Below, piece after piece: positions 19,579 to 30,954 of a stretch of DNA of 64,000 nt. The stretch is from NCBI GenBank assembly GCA_963803435.1, contig CAWDML010000001.1, positions 2,752,001 to 2,816,000 on the forward strand, in the 5' to 3' direction. Each line of letters opens with the position of its first letter. The stretch's first letter is position 1. The position numbers and the translations under genes were made by a program. A model generated the notes under the pieces. That model saw only the letters and a list, made by a program, of their open reading frames with translations, did no database searches and was not told the DNA's origin. Source of the stretch: an uncultured delta proteobacterium. GTDB lineage: Bacteria > Myxococcota > Kuafuiibacteriia > Kuafuiibacteriales > Kuafuiibacteriaceae.

Positions 19579-22500
19579 TCAGGGCGCGTCGTGGATGGTC
19601 AGCCGCATCTCCCCCGCGTTGCAGCGGAGCTCCGGCGCGTACATCGCGAACCCTGTGGTCGGCATCGCGTGGAAGGTCCCCGGGATCTCGGCCCGCAGCC
19701 GGTAGTCGAGCTTCAGCTTCCCCTGGTTGAGCTGCGAGAGGAAGAACACGACCTTGTCGTCGCGGAGCTCCATGTTCGCCACCGCCTCGCCGTACGTGTA
19801 GCCGCTCCGCAGCGCCACCGGCTCGGCGCCGGCCGGCTTCGGATCCTCGAACGCCAGGAACTCGTAGTCGTTCTTCGACTCCAGCATGAGCTCGACCAGG
19901 ATCGAATCGCCGCTGTCGACCGCATCCCCGGTGGCGAGCGGGACCTTCCGGTAGGCGAGCTCCTTCGACTTCACCGCCTGTCCGCGCTGATCGTAGATCG
20001 TGTTCTCGCGATCGTCGCGCACCAGCTTGTAGTACTTGCGCTCCACCTTGATCTCGAGACCCGACGGCGGGACGTCCTCCTCGAGCGTGAAGTAGGTGAG
20101 GTACGCGTTGAAGTAGACGGCGCCGGTCCCGCTCCGCCTGAAGCTGATGGTGTGCTTGCCCGAGGTGACGTCGCTGCCCTTCAGCCGGAGCTCGCCGTCG
20201 AAGATGAGGAGGTTCGAGGCGTCGAGGTGGACCCTCTTCTTCGTCTTGCCGTCGATCAGGACCTCGAGATCGTAGTCCGTCTTGTCGAAGCGGCTCGCCC
20301 GCATGTAGGCGGCGAAGCTCGAGATCACGATCGCCGTGTCGCGCGTGGAGCGCCAGTACCAGCCGTTCTTCCGGTGGTTGAGGAGCCACTTCACGATCCG
20401 CCCGGCGCGCTCGTCGTCGGGTCGGATCGTCGAGAGCGCACGCAGGAAGAGGGCATTCGACTCGATGTCGCTGTTGTACCAGTACCACCAGCCCTCGTTC
20501 CTCGTCTCGAGCCAGGCCGTCTCGTTCTCGGCATCCTCCTTGAGGAACTGCGCCGCATTGCGGAGGACCAGGTTCGCCTTCTCCACGTCCTTGACGTTCC
20601 AGAGCGCCAGCGCGAACAGGCTCTTCCCGTAGACGCTCAGCTTCACCCGGCGGTCGAACAGGTACCTGTTCGAGCTGATCGTTCTTCTCGCCCGACAGGC
20701 TCATCACATAGGCGAAGAAGGCGTCGGAGTCGTCGATCCAGTCGTGGTGCCGGTACTCGGCGAGGTGGCCGGGGATCAGGTTGCGGAGCGCGGCTCGCCC
20801 GCGCTCGATCATGTCTTGGGGAACCGCCACATCCGCGCTCTGGGCCTCCGAGAGCCCCCAGAGCACGTAGGCGGTGGTGTAGATCGAGGTGTCGTCGTTG
20901 GCCCACCAGCCCCAGCCGCCGTCGGCGTGCTGCATGCGCCGCAGCCGATCGAGGCCGGCGTCGATCATGCCGTCCATGACCTTCTGGTTGTAGACGGGGT
21001 TCCTGTGAAACTCGCGGTACAGGTGATCGAGGCGCGCGGAGTAGGCCTCCTTCGACTCGTCCACCTGCTGCGGGTTGGCGCTCGACATCCGCTTCTTGAG
21101 ATCCTCGAGCTTGAGCCCGCCCGCGACCTGCAGCGCCTTTCTCGTGATCACCGCCGGGACGAAGCGGCTGGTGGTCTGCTCGGTGCAGCCATACGGATAG
21201 TCGAGGAGGAACGGGAGCGCGTCGAGCATCGCGCCCGCCAGCGTGGGCGACCACCTTACGATCAGCTCGCTCTGCTCGGGACGCCGCGCCTCGGGGACCT
21301 CGATCGTGATGCTCTTCTCGGCGGGGCCCGCCTGCTTGGTGGTGATGCTGCCGACGAGCGAGTCGGTCTTCAGCATCCCGTGCACCAGGACGGGGAAGCG
21401 CAGCTCCTTGGCGTCCGACTCCTCGTCGCTGAGCGCGGAGACCCGGACGGTGGCCTCGCCCTCCCCCTTCGCGTCGACCCAGAAGTCGACACGCGCCTCG
21501 CCGTTGGCCTCGACCTCGACCCACTTCGACACGTCGCCCTCGGGCGCCAGCAGCGACTCGGTGACCGCCAGCTCGACCTTCACCTTCTTCTTCGTCTTCA
21601 ACCGGTTGTGGACGTTCGCCGAGATCACGACGCGGTCGCGCTCGCGGAAGAAACGCGGCGCCTGGAGCCGGACCAGCAGGTTCTTGGTGGTGACCGTCTG
21701 CGCGCTGGCCTCGCCGACGCGCGTCCCCTTGGCGATCCCGATCGCCTTCACCTTCCAGGTCGTCAGGTTGTCGGGGAAAGTCCAGTCGACGGTCGCGCGG
21801 CCCGCCTCGTTGGTGGTCACGACTCGCCACGCGGCGGTGTCCGCGAAGTTCTTCCGCACCGCGGGCGCGACCAGGGCCTGCGGACCGCCCGCCTCTGCCG
21901 ATCCGTCCTCGTTCGCCTTTCCGCCCTCGTCGCCCGCCCTGCGGCGCGATTCCCTGGACACGCGTCCCGCCGCAGGTTGCGCCGTCGGGGCCGGCGCCTT
22001 CTTTCCGGAGGCATCCTTGCTCTCCTCGGCCGGCGCGTCCCCCCGCGCCACCTCGGACTTTGCGAGCGCCGCCCCGCCCGCCACCGCGGTGGTCTCGTCG
22101 TCGAGCGCGGCCCGGAAGTCGACCTCTTGCTGCAACCAGCCTTGCGCCAGTGAGGCCAGGGCATTGACCGCGTTCTGGTCGGGGCGATTGAGATACTGCG
22201 GGTTCGGATAGCTGCGCCGCAGGTTGGTGCGCGAGATCCGCTGGTGCGTACGCTTCATGCCCCAGAACCACTGCCGCACCTCGGGCGTCAGCGATCCCTG
22301 GATGTAGAGCACCGACGCGTCGAACACGCTCAGCGCCACGTTGGCGGGGAGCGGACGTCCATCGAGCGTCGTCGTGACCACCTCGAGCGTCGCCTTCTCG
22401 CCGGGGCGGTACTCCTTCTTCCCTGGCGTCACCTCCACCTTCATCTCCGCGTCGACCGGCGGGACGAACACCTCACGGATCTCCTCGGAGATCCGGCCGT

Positions 22501-25500
22501 CGCCCACCAGCGTGGCGTCGACGAAGAAGTTGGGGACGTGCGACGCGGTCAGGGGGACCTCGATGACCTTGGTCTTGCCCTCGAGCTGGAGGACCTGCGG
22601 ATCGAACAGCGTGCCGTTGTCAGCCTTCGCGGAGAAGAGCACGTGCGCGCCGGCGACGTTCGAGTTGATCAAGAGACGGGCCGTCTCGCCGACCGCGTAG
22701 CTCCGCTTGTCGGTGAGCACCTCGAGGTGATTGAACTTGAAGCGCCGGCCCTCGAAGCCGGGGCCCCAGACCCAGATCACCGTCGACCCGACGACCTCAC
22801 CGCCCCAGGCGTCCTTGGCCGTGAAGGAGATCCGGTACTGCCCGGGCTCCGCGATCTCCCAGCGGTGCTCCAGCACGCCGAAGGCGTCGGTCTTCTTGCT
22901 CTGGGTCACCACCGGCTTCTCCTCGACGACGTCGAGGTTCTCGCCCGTGAAGCTGACCTTTGCGATGCGCAGCTCGCCCTCGGCCTCGAACGGCGCGTGG
23001 TCCGGCCGCATCGTGCGCACCACCAGCTTCGCGGTGTCGCCGGTGCGGTAGTAGCCGCGGTCGGTCTCGATGGCGGTGAAGAACTGGTTTCGGGTGGCGA
23101 TGACCTCGCCCTCGCCGTTGATCGTCCGGCGCGAGGCGTCGCGCACCTCGGCCTTCACGACGAAGCGCTGGTCGGCGTCGCCGAAGGCCTGAGCGATCCC
23201 ATAGGTGTCGAGCTCGACCTTGAGCACGCCGTCGGGACCGAAGACGCCCTCGCCCTCCTCCACCAGCTCGCGCTTCGGCTCGGGCCGCGCACCCCACCAC
23301 GGGTACCAAACCCAGGGCTGGGTGCCCCAGCGATCCCACCAGTCGAACCAGGGATAGGCGTACCAGCAGAGGCCGTAGCCCTCGCCGTAGAGCCAGTCCC
23401 AGCGGCCGTTCGGGACGAACTGCTGGTGATGGTCGGTGCGGAAGATCTGGTAGCGGACCCGGCCGCCCTCGACGGCGCCGCCGAAGTAGTAGCTGGCCGA
23501 GATCTCAATCGGGATCTTCTCGCCGAGCTTGGCGGGGCCGTCGCCGACCGACACCTTCACCTCGAACTCGGGCGCCTTGTACTCCTCGACGCGGAACTGA
23601 TTGCCGCCGGTGGTCAGCCAGGAGCCGTCGGCCCGCACGTCCATGCGGTAGAGCCCGAGCGGCGCGTTCTTCGGGAGGGTGTACGTGAAGTCGGCGCCGC
23701 CGTACGCGTCCGCCGGCACCTCCTTGTCGAAGACCTGGGCGCCCTTCGGATCGAGGATGCGGAGCGCCAACCGTCCGGCGGTGGCGTCGACGTAGTGGCC
23801 GTCGCGACGGCGTCTCGCCCAGGCGCGCAGCTTGACCTCGTGCTCCGGGCGATAGACCGGGCGATCGGTGAACACCAGGCCGACGTCGCCGCGCTCGATG
23901 CTGCTCCGCCCGTAGTACCAGTAGTACCCGTTGCCCGCGTAGGCGTAGCGCTTGCCGCTCTTCACCGTGATCAGGTGCGTGTGGTTCTGGAGTCGTGCCA
24001 CCGTCGCCAGCCCCTGCTCGTCGCTGGTCGCGTTCCGGACCTGGTGGAGCTGGATGCTCTTGCCGCTGTCCGACTTCCACTCGTTCCAGTACTCGAAGAC
24101 CTCGATCTCCGCGTTCGGGATCGGCGCCCCCGTACGGGCGTCCACCACCCAGATCAGCTCACCCTTCTCGCCGTTCTTGGTGACGACCGCGGTGGTCTGC
24201 AGCAGCACCAGCGCCCGCGAGAACGCGCTCGAGCCCTTGGGCCTGACCTCGACCATCCAGAGGCCCTCGCCGTCGATCGGGATCCGGACGTCGGTCTTCG
24301 AGTAGCGCATCGTTCCGTCGTCTTTCACGCTCAGCTCGAACGGGAGCCACTCACCGACGCCGTACTGCTCGATCTTCTTGTCGTCGTAGGAGAAGAAGTT
24401 CTGCAGCGCTTCCAGATCGATGTCCGGATACTGATAGCGCTCGCGCATCCACTCCTTCTTGAAGCGCTCGACCACCCTCCTCTCGTCGAGCCGGCGCGCG
24501 CGGCCGGTGATCGCGGTGGTGTTGCGATGCTCGATCGGCATCAGCGGCTGCCCGGGGAGCTGGACGCCGCCGTCGGAGAGCTTGAGCTCGGGGCGCTTCA
24601 GCTCCTGGATCGCGCTCTCGGCCTCACCGCGGTGCTTCCCGGCGGAGAAGCGCTCGAGATAGTCGCGATAGGCGGTGATCGCACGGTCGTACTGTTGCCT
24701 CGACTGGTAGTAGACGCCCACGGACGCAGCCGCTTGGTCGGCAGCATCGGTGCCCGGAAACTCCTTGGTGATCCTGCGGAGCAGGACCAGGACGTTCTCG
24801 TCCTCGGGCGGACGATACACGCCGAGGTGCGTCGCGATCAGGCCGTACACCTCGTCGTCCGCGAGCTCCCACAGCTTCTTCTCCTCGACGGCGGCCTTGT
24901 ACGGATAGGCGCCGTTCCACCACCAGCCGGCGTAGCGCTGCAGACGATCGGGGCCGTCGCGCGTCTGGAACAGCGTGGCCTGCCGGAGGAGCGCGGTGGC
25001 GGCGAGCTCTTTCTTCTCCGTCGGATCGATCGACATGATCTCGCCGAGCAGAAACTTCATCTTCTGGACCGAGCTGCCCGTGTAGGTGGCGGGCTTGGGC
25101 TCGAAGACCGGTGTGCCGGACGCGTCGACTGCCAGCCCGCGCGGCTCGGAGCGATACAGGAGCGAGCGCTGCGCCCACTGATTGACCTGCTCGTCCGCGC
25201 CCTCCGCCTCGACCCGATCGTCGTCGTCGGCCTCGGGCCACGCGTAGTACCAGTAGTACCAGGCCCGATCGTGCGGGGTGAAACGCGCGAGGGCGCCGAC
25301 CAGATCGAACTCGGTCTCGATGCGCTCCTTCACCAGCGCTTCAGTCTGGGTGTGCTCGGGCGCCAGATAAAAGGCGCGCGCCTCCTCGAGCCGGGCGATC
25401 GCGAGGGCGCGGTCGAGGCGGTGCGTGTCCTGATAGATGCCTTGATCCCAGCGAACGCGGATCAGCTCCCCACCCTTCTTCACGCCCCAGTGCGGGATCG

Positions 25501-25981
25501 AGAGATAAGTGTTGCCGAGCACGCGCAACAGTCGCGCCTCGGCGACGGTCCCCTCGAAGAGATGGAGCGCATCCTCGTAGAACTGGAGCCCGTCGGAGTA
25601 CTCGCCCAGGCGAAACGAGGCGAGCGCGGACTGGTTGAGGGCGCGGGGGGCCCGGTCGTCGTCGGCGTGGAGGAGGACGAGGGCGCGGTACGCGTCGCGG
25701 GCCTCCTTGAAGTGCTGCTGCTTCTGGGCGGCGTCGGCGGTCTCGATCAGCGCGTCAGCGGTGAGCTTCGGATCGAGCGCGGTCTTCAGGGCCTCCAGCC
25801 GCTCCTGGGCCGCCTCTTTGCCCTTGGCCCGCTCGGCCCCCGGATCGGGCGGCGGCGGCGGTGCCTCCGCCTCGCCGCTCAGCGGGGGTTCGGCCGGGGG
25901 AACGTGCGCGATCTCCTTCTCTTCACAGGCGAGCGCCAGAGCGAGAAGGAGCCAGCAACCACGACGAGCGTACGTGTCCAT
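19579..25981 (-). CDS. Bacterial alpha-2-macroglobulin lipoprotein with N-terminal TPRs (~2130 aa; one +1 frameshift near 20671)
   Basis: Lipobox LALAC; FTDRPVYRP, FRVEEYK, FPDNLTTW, thioester YPYGCTEQ, QHADGGWGWW; the C-terminus (WRSTRDT, EDPKPAG, MYAPE) continues in ORF 19579-20646. Confidence 0.92.
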
Positions 25982-26164
25982 TGAACCTCCGGGCCCTACC
26001 AACGGACGGCAGGGGCGGGGGATCTCATCCGATCTCGAGGTTGGCGGAAAGGCGCCCCAAAAGCGGCCCTCCCGGCGCCGTGCGGCCGGTCCTCGGTGTT
26101 CGCGGCCACCGACAGTGTTCGGTCGGACGAACCGGTCGCCCTCCGAACGAGCGAGGGCGCCGGC

Positions 26165-26180
26165 TGGTCTCGAAGTTGCT
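26165..26180 (+). promoter_or_regulatory. sigma54-like promoter
   Basis: TGGTCTCGAAGTTGCT (GG-N10-GC), 13 nt before ATG 26193. Confidence 0.5.
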
Positions 26181-26192
26181 CTCGCCGGACCC

Positions 26193-29100
26193 ATGAGCTT
26201 CCTCTCCGCCGTCACCAAGGCCGCCAGCGCGGTGCTCGACCAGGTCAAGCCACCGGTCCCCACCCCCGCCGCGGTGCAGCCCGCGGCCCAGGCGGTCGCG
26301 CAGGCGGTCGCGAGCGCTCCGGCTCCCACGACCCTGGTGGCAGTGCCGCCCGACGCTCGCGCGGCCGCGATCGCCGCCTCGTCCAACCCCGAGCTGGCGC
26401 GCACCGCCGATCATCGCTACGCCGACTCCTCCGACGAGATCGATCCCTACGCCGTCTACCTCGATCCGTCCTGCCCCGCGGACGGGCGCACCATCGCCGT
26501 CGACGACGCGCTCGCCTCGCTCCACGACGGGGCGCACTTCGACGACCTGCGTCCGATCCTCGAGGGCCGATCGCCGCTCGGCGCGCTGAGCGAGCGCGAG
26601 CAGACGCGCGTCCTCGACTTCGCCACCAACGCCTGGAGGAACCACGACGGCTATCGCGATCTCGACGCGCTCACCGCGTGGTCCGGGCAGGATCGAACGC
26701 GCGCGGCCTTCGTCTCGCACGACCTCGCGACGCGCGCCCTCGCCTACGAGTCGGTGTACCAGGCGCACCCCGAGATCCCGATCGTGCAGTCGTTCCAGCA
26801 GGCGTTGGCGGTCGCGGCGGTGGACGCGCCCGGCACCCCGGGCCGACGGCGCGAGATGATCGACGCCCTCGGCCCCGACGCCGGGATCCTCTTCGCGGAG
26901 CTCCAGACCGGCGAGAACAACTGGGGCGTCGGCAACATGGCCACGGGCTACTCGCCGGAGCTCGAGGAGCGGGCCGAGGCCGCCGCGCTGCTGCTCGACG
27001 CCTGCCGGGGAGGTCCGACCGAGGGCTCGGCGGCGGTGGTCGCCGCCGGTCTGAGCGAGCTGACGGACGACGCGCTCCAGGCCTCCCGCGATCTCGCTGA
27101 CTTTCGGGACACGGTCGATCTGGGGTCGAGCTTCGCGCACGCGCTGGCCGCCGAGACCCACCCGGACGATCCGGCGCAAGCGCGCGAAGAGGGGGATCGG
27201 CTGGCCGAGATCCTCGCCACCCGCGACGGGCGCGCGCTGGTGTTCAGCGCCGACCGGCCGCTGGGCGCGCGGGTCGAGACGCTCCTCACCGTCCGCGCCC
27301 ATCCCGAGTGGGGGACCGATCTCGATCCGCGCCGGGTCGAGCAGGCGATGCTCGAGCCGCGCGCCCGCGATCTCCTCGAGCTCCGCGGCGACGCCCCGAT
27401 GAGGCTGCCCGGGACCGATCTGGAGAACACGGTCGGCATGGCCTTCGGCTTCGCGGTGCAGGGCGTCCCGGACGACGAGACCGAGGCCCAGCGGAACGCC
27501 CGCGAGGCCGGGGTCGCGGCCGGCCGCTACTCGCTGTTCACGGGCGAGCCGGCCGAGGGGGTCATCCAGCCGGTGGTCGATCAAATCCGGCACGTCGGCG
27601 GCCCCGATCCGCAGGTCACCGTGCTGCCGATCCGGATCCACGACGGCGACGGTGCGGCGGTCGACCTCCCCCTCTTCCGCGTTCAGGACGGAGCGACCGG
27701 CGAGGACCGGTTCGTCGATCAGGAGGGCAGGCGGTACAGCTCGTTCGACGACTGGCGGCACCACAACGGGCTCCCCTCGGGTCGCATGATCTTCCCCGCG
27801 GGCGGCCACCTCACCGAGAGCGGCGGCGGCTCGGTCGCGCTGCAGGAGGGCGCCACGCCGTCGACCCGCGACTCGGCCTGGGAGCACTTCACGCACGTGG
27901 CGGACATCGCGGCCGTGGTGGGTGGAACGATCGCGGGCGGGCTGCTCATCGTGGGGAGCGGGGGGACGGCCGCCCCGTTCGTGGTCGGGGGCGCGGCGGC
28001 CTGGGGCGCGTACCGGAGCGGGGACCGTCTCCACGATCGATACGCCCACGGACAATCGATCAACCCGCTCACGGATTCGCAGGCGCGGGCGTTATGGCTG
28101 AACGCCGGCGCCGACGCGTTGACCGCGGCGACGCTGGGCACCAGCGAGGTGGCCGCTCGCCTCGGAGGTGCTGCGAGCGCCCTTCGGCCCCAGGCGGCCG
28201 CGGCCGCCGCCATCCTCGGGGCCGGCGCCACCGCGATCGACGCGACCGCCGCGGCCAACGTCGGCTGGCAGCTGATCCGCGACTGGGATCAGCTCAGCGG
28301 GAGCGAGCGCGCGCAGCTGTCGCTCTCGCTCGGCTTCTGGAGCGCCGGCACGGCCATCGCGGCGCGGCGCGCGTTCCCCAACGGGATCGAGGCCTGGCTC
28401 CCTGGGCGCAACTGGAGCGACGCCCAGTACCGCGATCTCTTCATGGCGACCGCCTCACCGGAGGCGCGGGCCGAGCTCGGGTCGTTGACGCCGAGCCAGC
28501 TCCGCGCGCTCTACCCCGCGGGGTCCGTGTATCCCGTGGGCCTCGACACCGCGGCGCGCTTCGCCGGCTTCGGCGAGTTCGCGGCGGCGCACCCCGCGGA
28601 GGCGCGCGTGCTGACCGAAGGCGTCACGTACTTCGATCCCGCGGCGATCCAGAGCTCGATCCACCAGATCGGCTTCTCGGGCACCGCGAGCCGGCTCGAA
28701 GGGATGCTCCCGGTGATCACGCCGGCGCGCGGCCAGCCCGGCTTCGTGGTGGTCCAGCGGGGTCCGGACACGCCCGACTATTTCCCGGAGCGCGCGATCT
28801 ATCCCACGACCATGTTCGACCACAACGGCGCGTTTCAACAGCCCGGCCTGGCGCTCGGGCGCACCACGGAGTCTCCCCGGAGGGTCCCGACCGAGGTTCC
28901 GCTGGCGCAGGGTCCCCTCCCCTCGCAGCTCCGCGTGAACGGCGAGCCGCTCGCGTCGCTCGACGGTGTCATGGTGTTCGGAGCGCACGGGAGCCCGAGT
29001 CAATTCAGCGGCGCCACCACCGAGCAGGCCGCGACCATGGTGGCGGATCAGGTGGCGGCGGCGCGCGCCGCGGGACGGAGCATCGACTACGTCGTGCTCG

Positions 29101-29417
29101 ACGCCTGCGACCAGCGCGACCGGCGGATGCTGATCGGGAGGTCGAACGCCGAGCGGTTCCAGACCGATCTGCGGGCGGCGCTCGCGTCGCGGGGCCTCCC
29201 CCAGGACGTCACCGTGCTGGCCGCCTCCCGGGGCGGACCGACCTACGGCAACGGACAGCGGGACTGGTTTTCCAGGACGTGGCGGCCGGCCGAGTACACG
29301 CCGGCCGACGACGGCGCGGCGTTGTATGTCAGCCACGGCAGCGCGGCGCTCGCCGCGCTCGGCGCGGTCTCGGTCGGCGAGGGTTACCTCATCTACGAAG
29401 CGCTCGACGACGACTGA
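26193..29417 (+). CDS. Large DUF4781-like protein with hydrophobic Gly/Ala helices and a possible C-terminal His/Cys protease domain
   Basis: VTVLP...LPLFRV...RFVDQEGRRYSSFDDW...NGLP block; AHGSP and VVLDAC near the C-terminus; no signal peptide. Confidence 0.7.
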   Translation: MSFLSAVTKAASAVLDQVKPPVPTPAAVQPAAQAVAQAVASAPAPTTLVAVPPDARAAAIAASSNPELARTADHRYADSSDEIDPYAVYLDPSCPADGRTIAVDDALASLHDGAHFDDLRPILEGRSPLGALSEREQTRVLDFATNAWRNHDGYRDLDALTAWSGQDRTRAAFVSHDLATRALAYESVYQAHPEIPIVQSFQQALAVAAVDAPGTPGRRREMIDALGPDAGILFAELQTGENNWGVGNMATGYSPELEERAEAAALLLDACRGGPTEGSAAVVAAGLSELTDDALQASRDLADFRDTVDLGSSFAHALAAETHPDDPAQAREEGDRLAEILATRDGRALVFSADRPLGARVETLLTVRAHPEWGTDLDPRRVEQAMLEPRARDLLELRGDAPMRLPGTDLENTVGMAFGFAVQGVPDDETEAQRNAREAGVAAGRYSLFTGEPAEGVIQPVVDQIRHVGGPDPQVTVLPIRIHDGDGAAVDLPLFRVQDGATGEDRFVDQEGRRYSSFDDWRHHNGLPSGRMIFPAGGHLTESGGGSVALQEGATPSTRDSAWEHFTHVADIAAVVGGTIAGGLLIVGSGGTAAPFVVGGAAAWGAYRSGDRLHDRYAHGQSINPLTDSQARALWLNAGADALTAATLGTSEVAARLGGAASALRPQAAAAAAILGAGATAIDATAAANVGWQLIRDWDQLSGSERAQLSLSLGFWSAGTAIAARRAFPNGIEAWLPGRNWSDAQYRDLFMATASPEARAELGSLTPSQLRALYPAGSVYPVGLDTAARFAGFGEFAAAHPAEARVLTEGVTYFDPAAIQSSIHQIGFSGTASRLEGMLPVITPARGQPGFVVVQRGPDTPDYFPERAIYPTTMFDHNGAFQQPGLALGRTTESPRRVPTEVPLAQGPLPSQLRVNGEPLASLDGVMVFGAHGSPSQFSGATTEQAATMVADQVAAARAAGRSIDYVVLDACDQRDRRMLIGRSNAERFQTDLRAALASRGLPQDVTVLAASRGGPTYGNGQRDWFSRTWRPAEYTPADDGAALYVSHGSAALAALGAVSVGEGYLIYEALDDD

Positions 29418-29451
29418 TCCCCTCCCGAGCCGCGTGGTAGCGTCCGCGGCC

Positions 29452-30945
29452 ATGACCGCATCCACCCGGATCGCCACCGGCCTCCTGATCCTCGGCCTCG
29501 CCGCGGGCTGCAGCGACAACGACGGCGGCGGCACATCCGACGCGGGAGACTCCGGCACCACCGCGGACACCGGCAACACCGACGCGGCGATCAAAGACTC
29601 GGGCGCGCCCGACACCGGCGAGGCGGACGCCGGCGCCACCGACGGCGGCTTCGTCCCGCCCGAGTACGATCGCTGGATCAAGTTCGAGCCCGAGGGCGCC
29701 CTCTGCTCCAACGGCAGCCCCTACAAGTTCTGGGTGAAGTTCTCCCGCACCTCGTCGAACACCGTCATCTTCCTCGAGGGCGGCGGCGCCTGCTGGGACT
29801 ACGCGAGCTGCACCGGCACCGGCATCCGCTCGGCGGCCAACCGCGACGGCCTGCCAGACTCGCACGCGACGGCCTATGCCAGCTTCGGCGGGATTTCCGT
29901 CCCCGTCGACACCGTCTATCCGCTCCTCAACTCGGACCCGAACGTGAATCCCATGGCGGACTGGAACAAGGTCTTCGTCCCCTACTGCACCGGGGACGTC
30001 TACTCGGGCGACACCACGGTGACGTACACCGACCCGAACGGCGTGGGCGCGCCCGTCGAGTTCCGGCACATGGGCCACGTCGACGTGCTCAAGAGCGTCG
30101 AGATGCTGTCGGGAATGTTCGAGCACATCCCGCGCATGTTCGTCGGCGGCTGCAGCGCCGGCGGCGCGGGCGCGATCATCAACTACTACTTCTTCCGGAC
30201 CGGCCTGACCGTCGACAAGGGCTACCTGCTCGACGACTCGGGTCCGATCTACCCGGACACGGCCACCACCTCCCGCTCGCGCCCGCTCCACGATCGGGTG
30301 CGGATGTCCTGGAACGTCGATCCGCTGATCGCGTCGGGCCCCCGGGCCTCCGAGGTCTCGCAGGACTTCGGCAACCTGGCCCGCGCCCTCGCCGAGGAGT
30401 TCCCGGAGGACCGCCTGGCCCACACGCAGTTCCGCCTCGACTACAACTACTCGCTGTACTCGTACGAGCGCTTCTACCAGGTCGATCCGTCGGGCGACGT
30501 GGTCCCCTTCGGCGACGGCACGGGCCTGGGCGGCCTCGGCCTCGACGAGACCGTCGCCCGCGATCGCACGGCCGTCTACGGCCTGTGGTGGGACGACACC
30601 GCCCTGTTGCGGGCGCAGTTCGACGGCATGAGCAACCTCGGCTACTTCATGCCGTACTACCGCGAGACCAACAGCAGCCACTGCGCCACCATCCCCGGCT
30701 TCGGCGAGTTCCCTCAGGACGAGCTCATCGACATCTTCCTCAACGACTTCCCGCGCCTGGCCTGGGCCGGCACGGAGCTGACGACGTCGAGCGGCACCAT
30801 CAACGAGCACGACTACGTCGAGCAGCTCCTCGACGACGCCACCCCGCTTCCCAGCTACTTCGAGGAGGACGGCGAGGGGCGGTTCCTGAGCTGCAGCCCG
30901 GACCCGAGGTACTACGACGAGATGATGTGCGCCGACGCGAACTGA
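29452..30945 (+). CDS. Pectin acetylesterase-family lipoprotein
   Basis: Lipobox AAGC; CSNGS, FLEGGGACW, FVPYCTGDVYSG, GCSAGG, LDDSGP. Confidence 0.88.
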   Translation: MTASTRIATGLLILGLAAGCSDNDGGGTSDAGDSGTTADTGNTDAAIKDSGAPDTGEADAGATDGGFVPPEYDRWIKFEPEGALCSNGSPYKFWVKFSRTSSNTVIFLEGGGACWDYASCTGTGIRSAANRDGLPDSHATAYASFGGISVPVDTVYPLLNSDPNVNPMADWNKVFVPYCTGDVYSGDTTVTYTDPNGVGAPVEFRHMGHVDVLKSVEMLSGMFEHIPRMFVGGCSAGGAGAIINYYFFRTGLTVDKGYLLDDSGPIYPDTATTSRSRPLHDRVRMSWNVDPLIASGPRASEVSQDFGNLARALAEEFPEDRLAHTQFRLDYNYSLYSYERFYQVDPSGDVVPFGDGTGLGGLGLDETVARDRTAVYGLWWDDTALLRAQFDGMSNLGYFMPYYRETNSSHCATIPGFGEFPQDELIDIFLNDFPRLAWAGTELTTSSGTINEHDYVEQLLDDATPLPSYFEEDGEGRFLSCSPDPRYYDEMMCADAN

Positions 30946-30954
30946 CCGCGCGCG

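Noticed and set aside
19463-20660. C-terminal part of the 2313-aa ORF
   Set aside because: Out-of-frame read-through after the macroglobulin frameshift; the true C-terminus is ORF 19579-20646.
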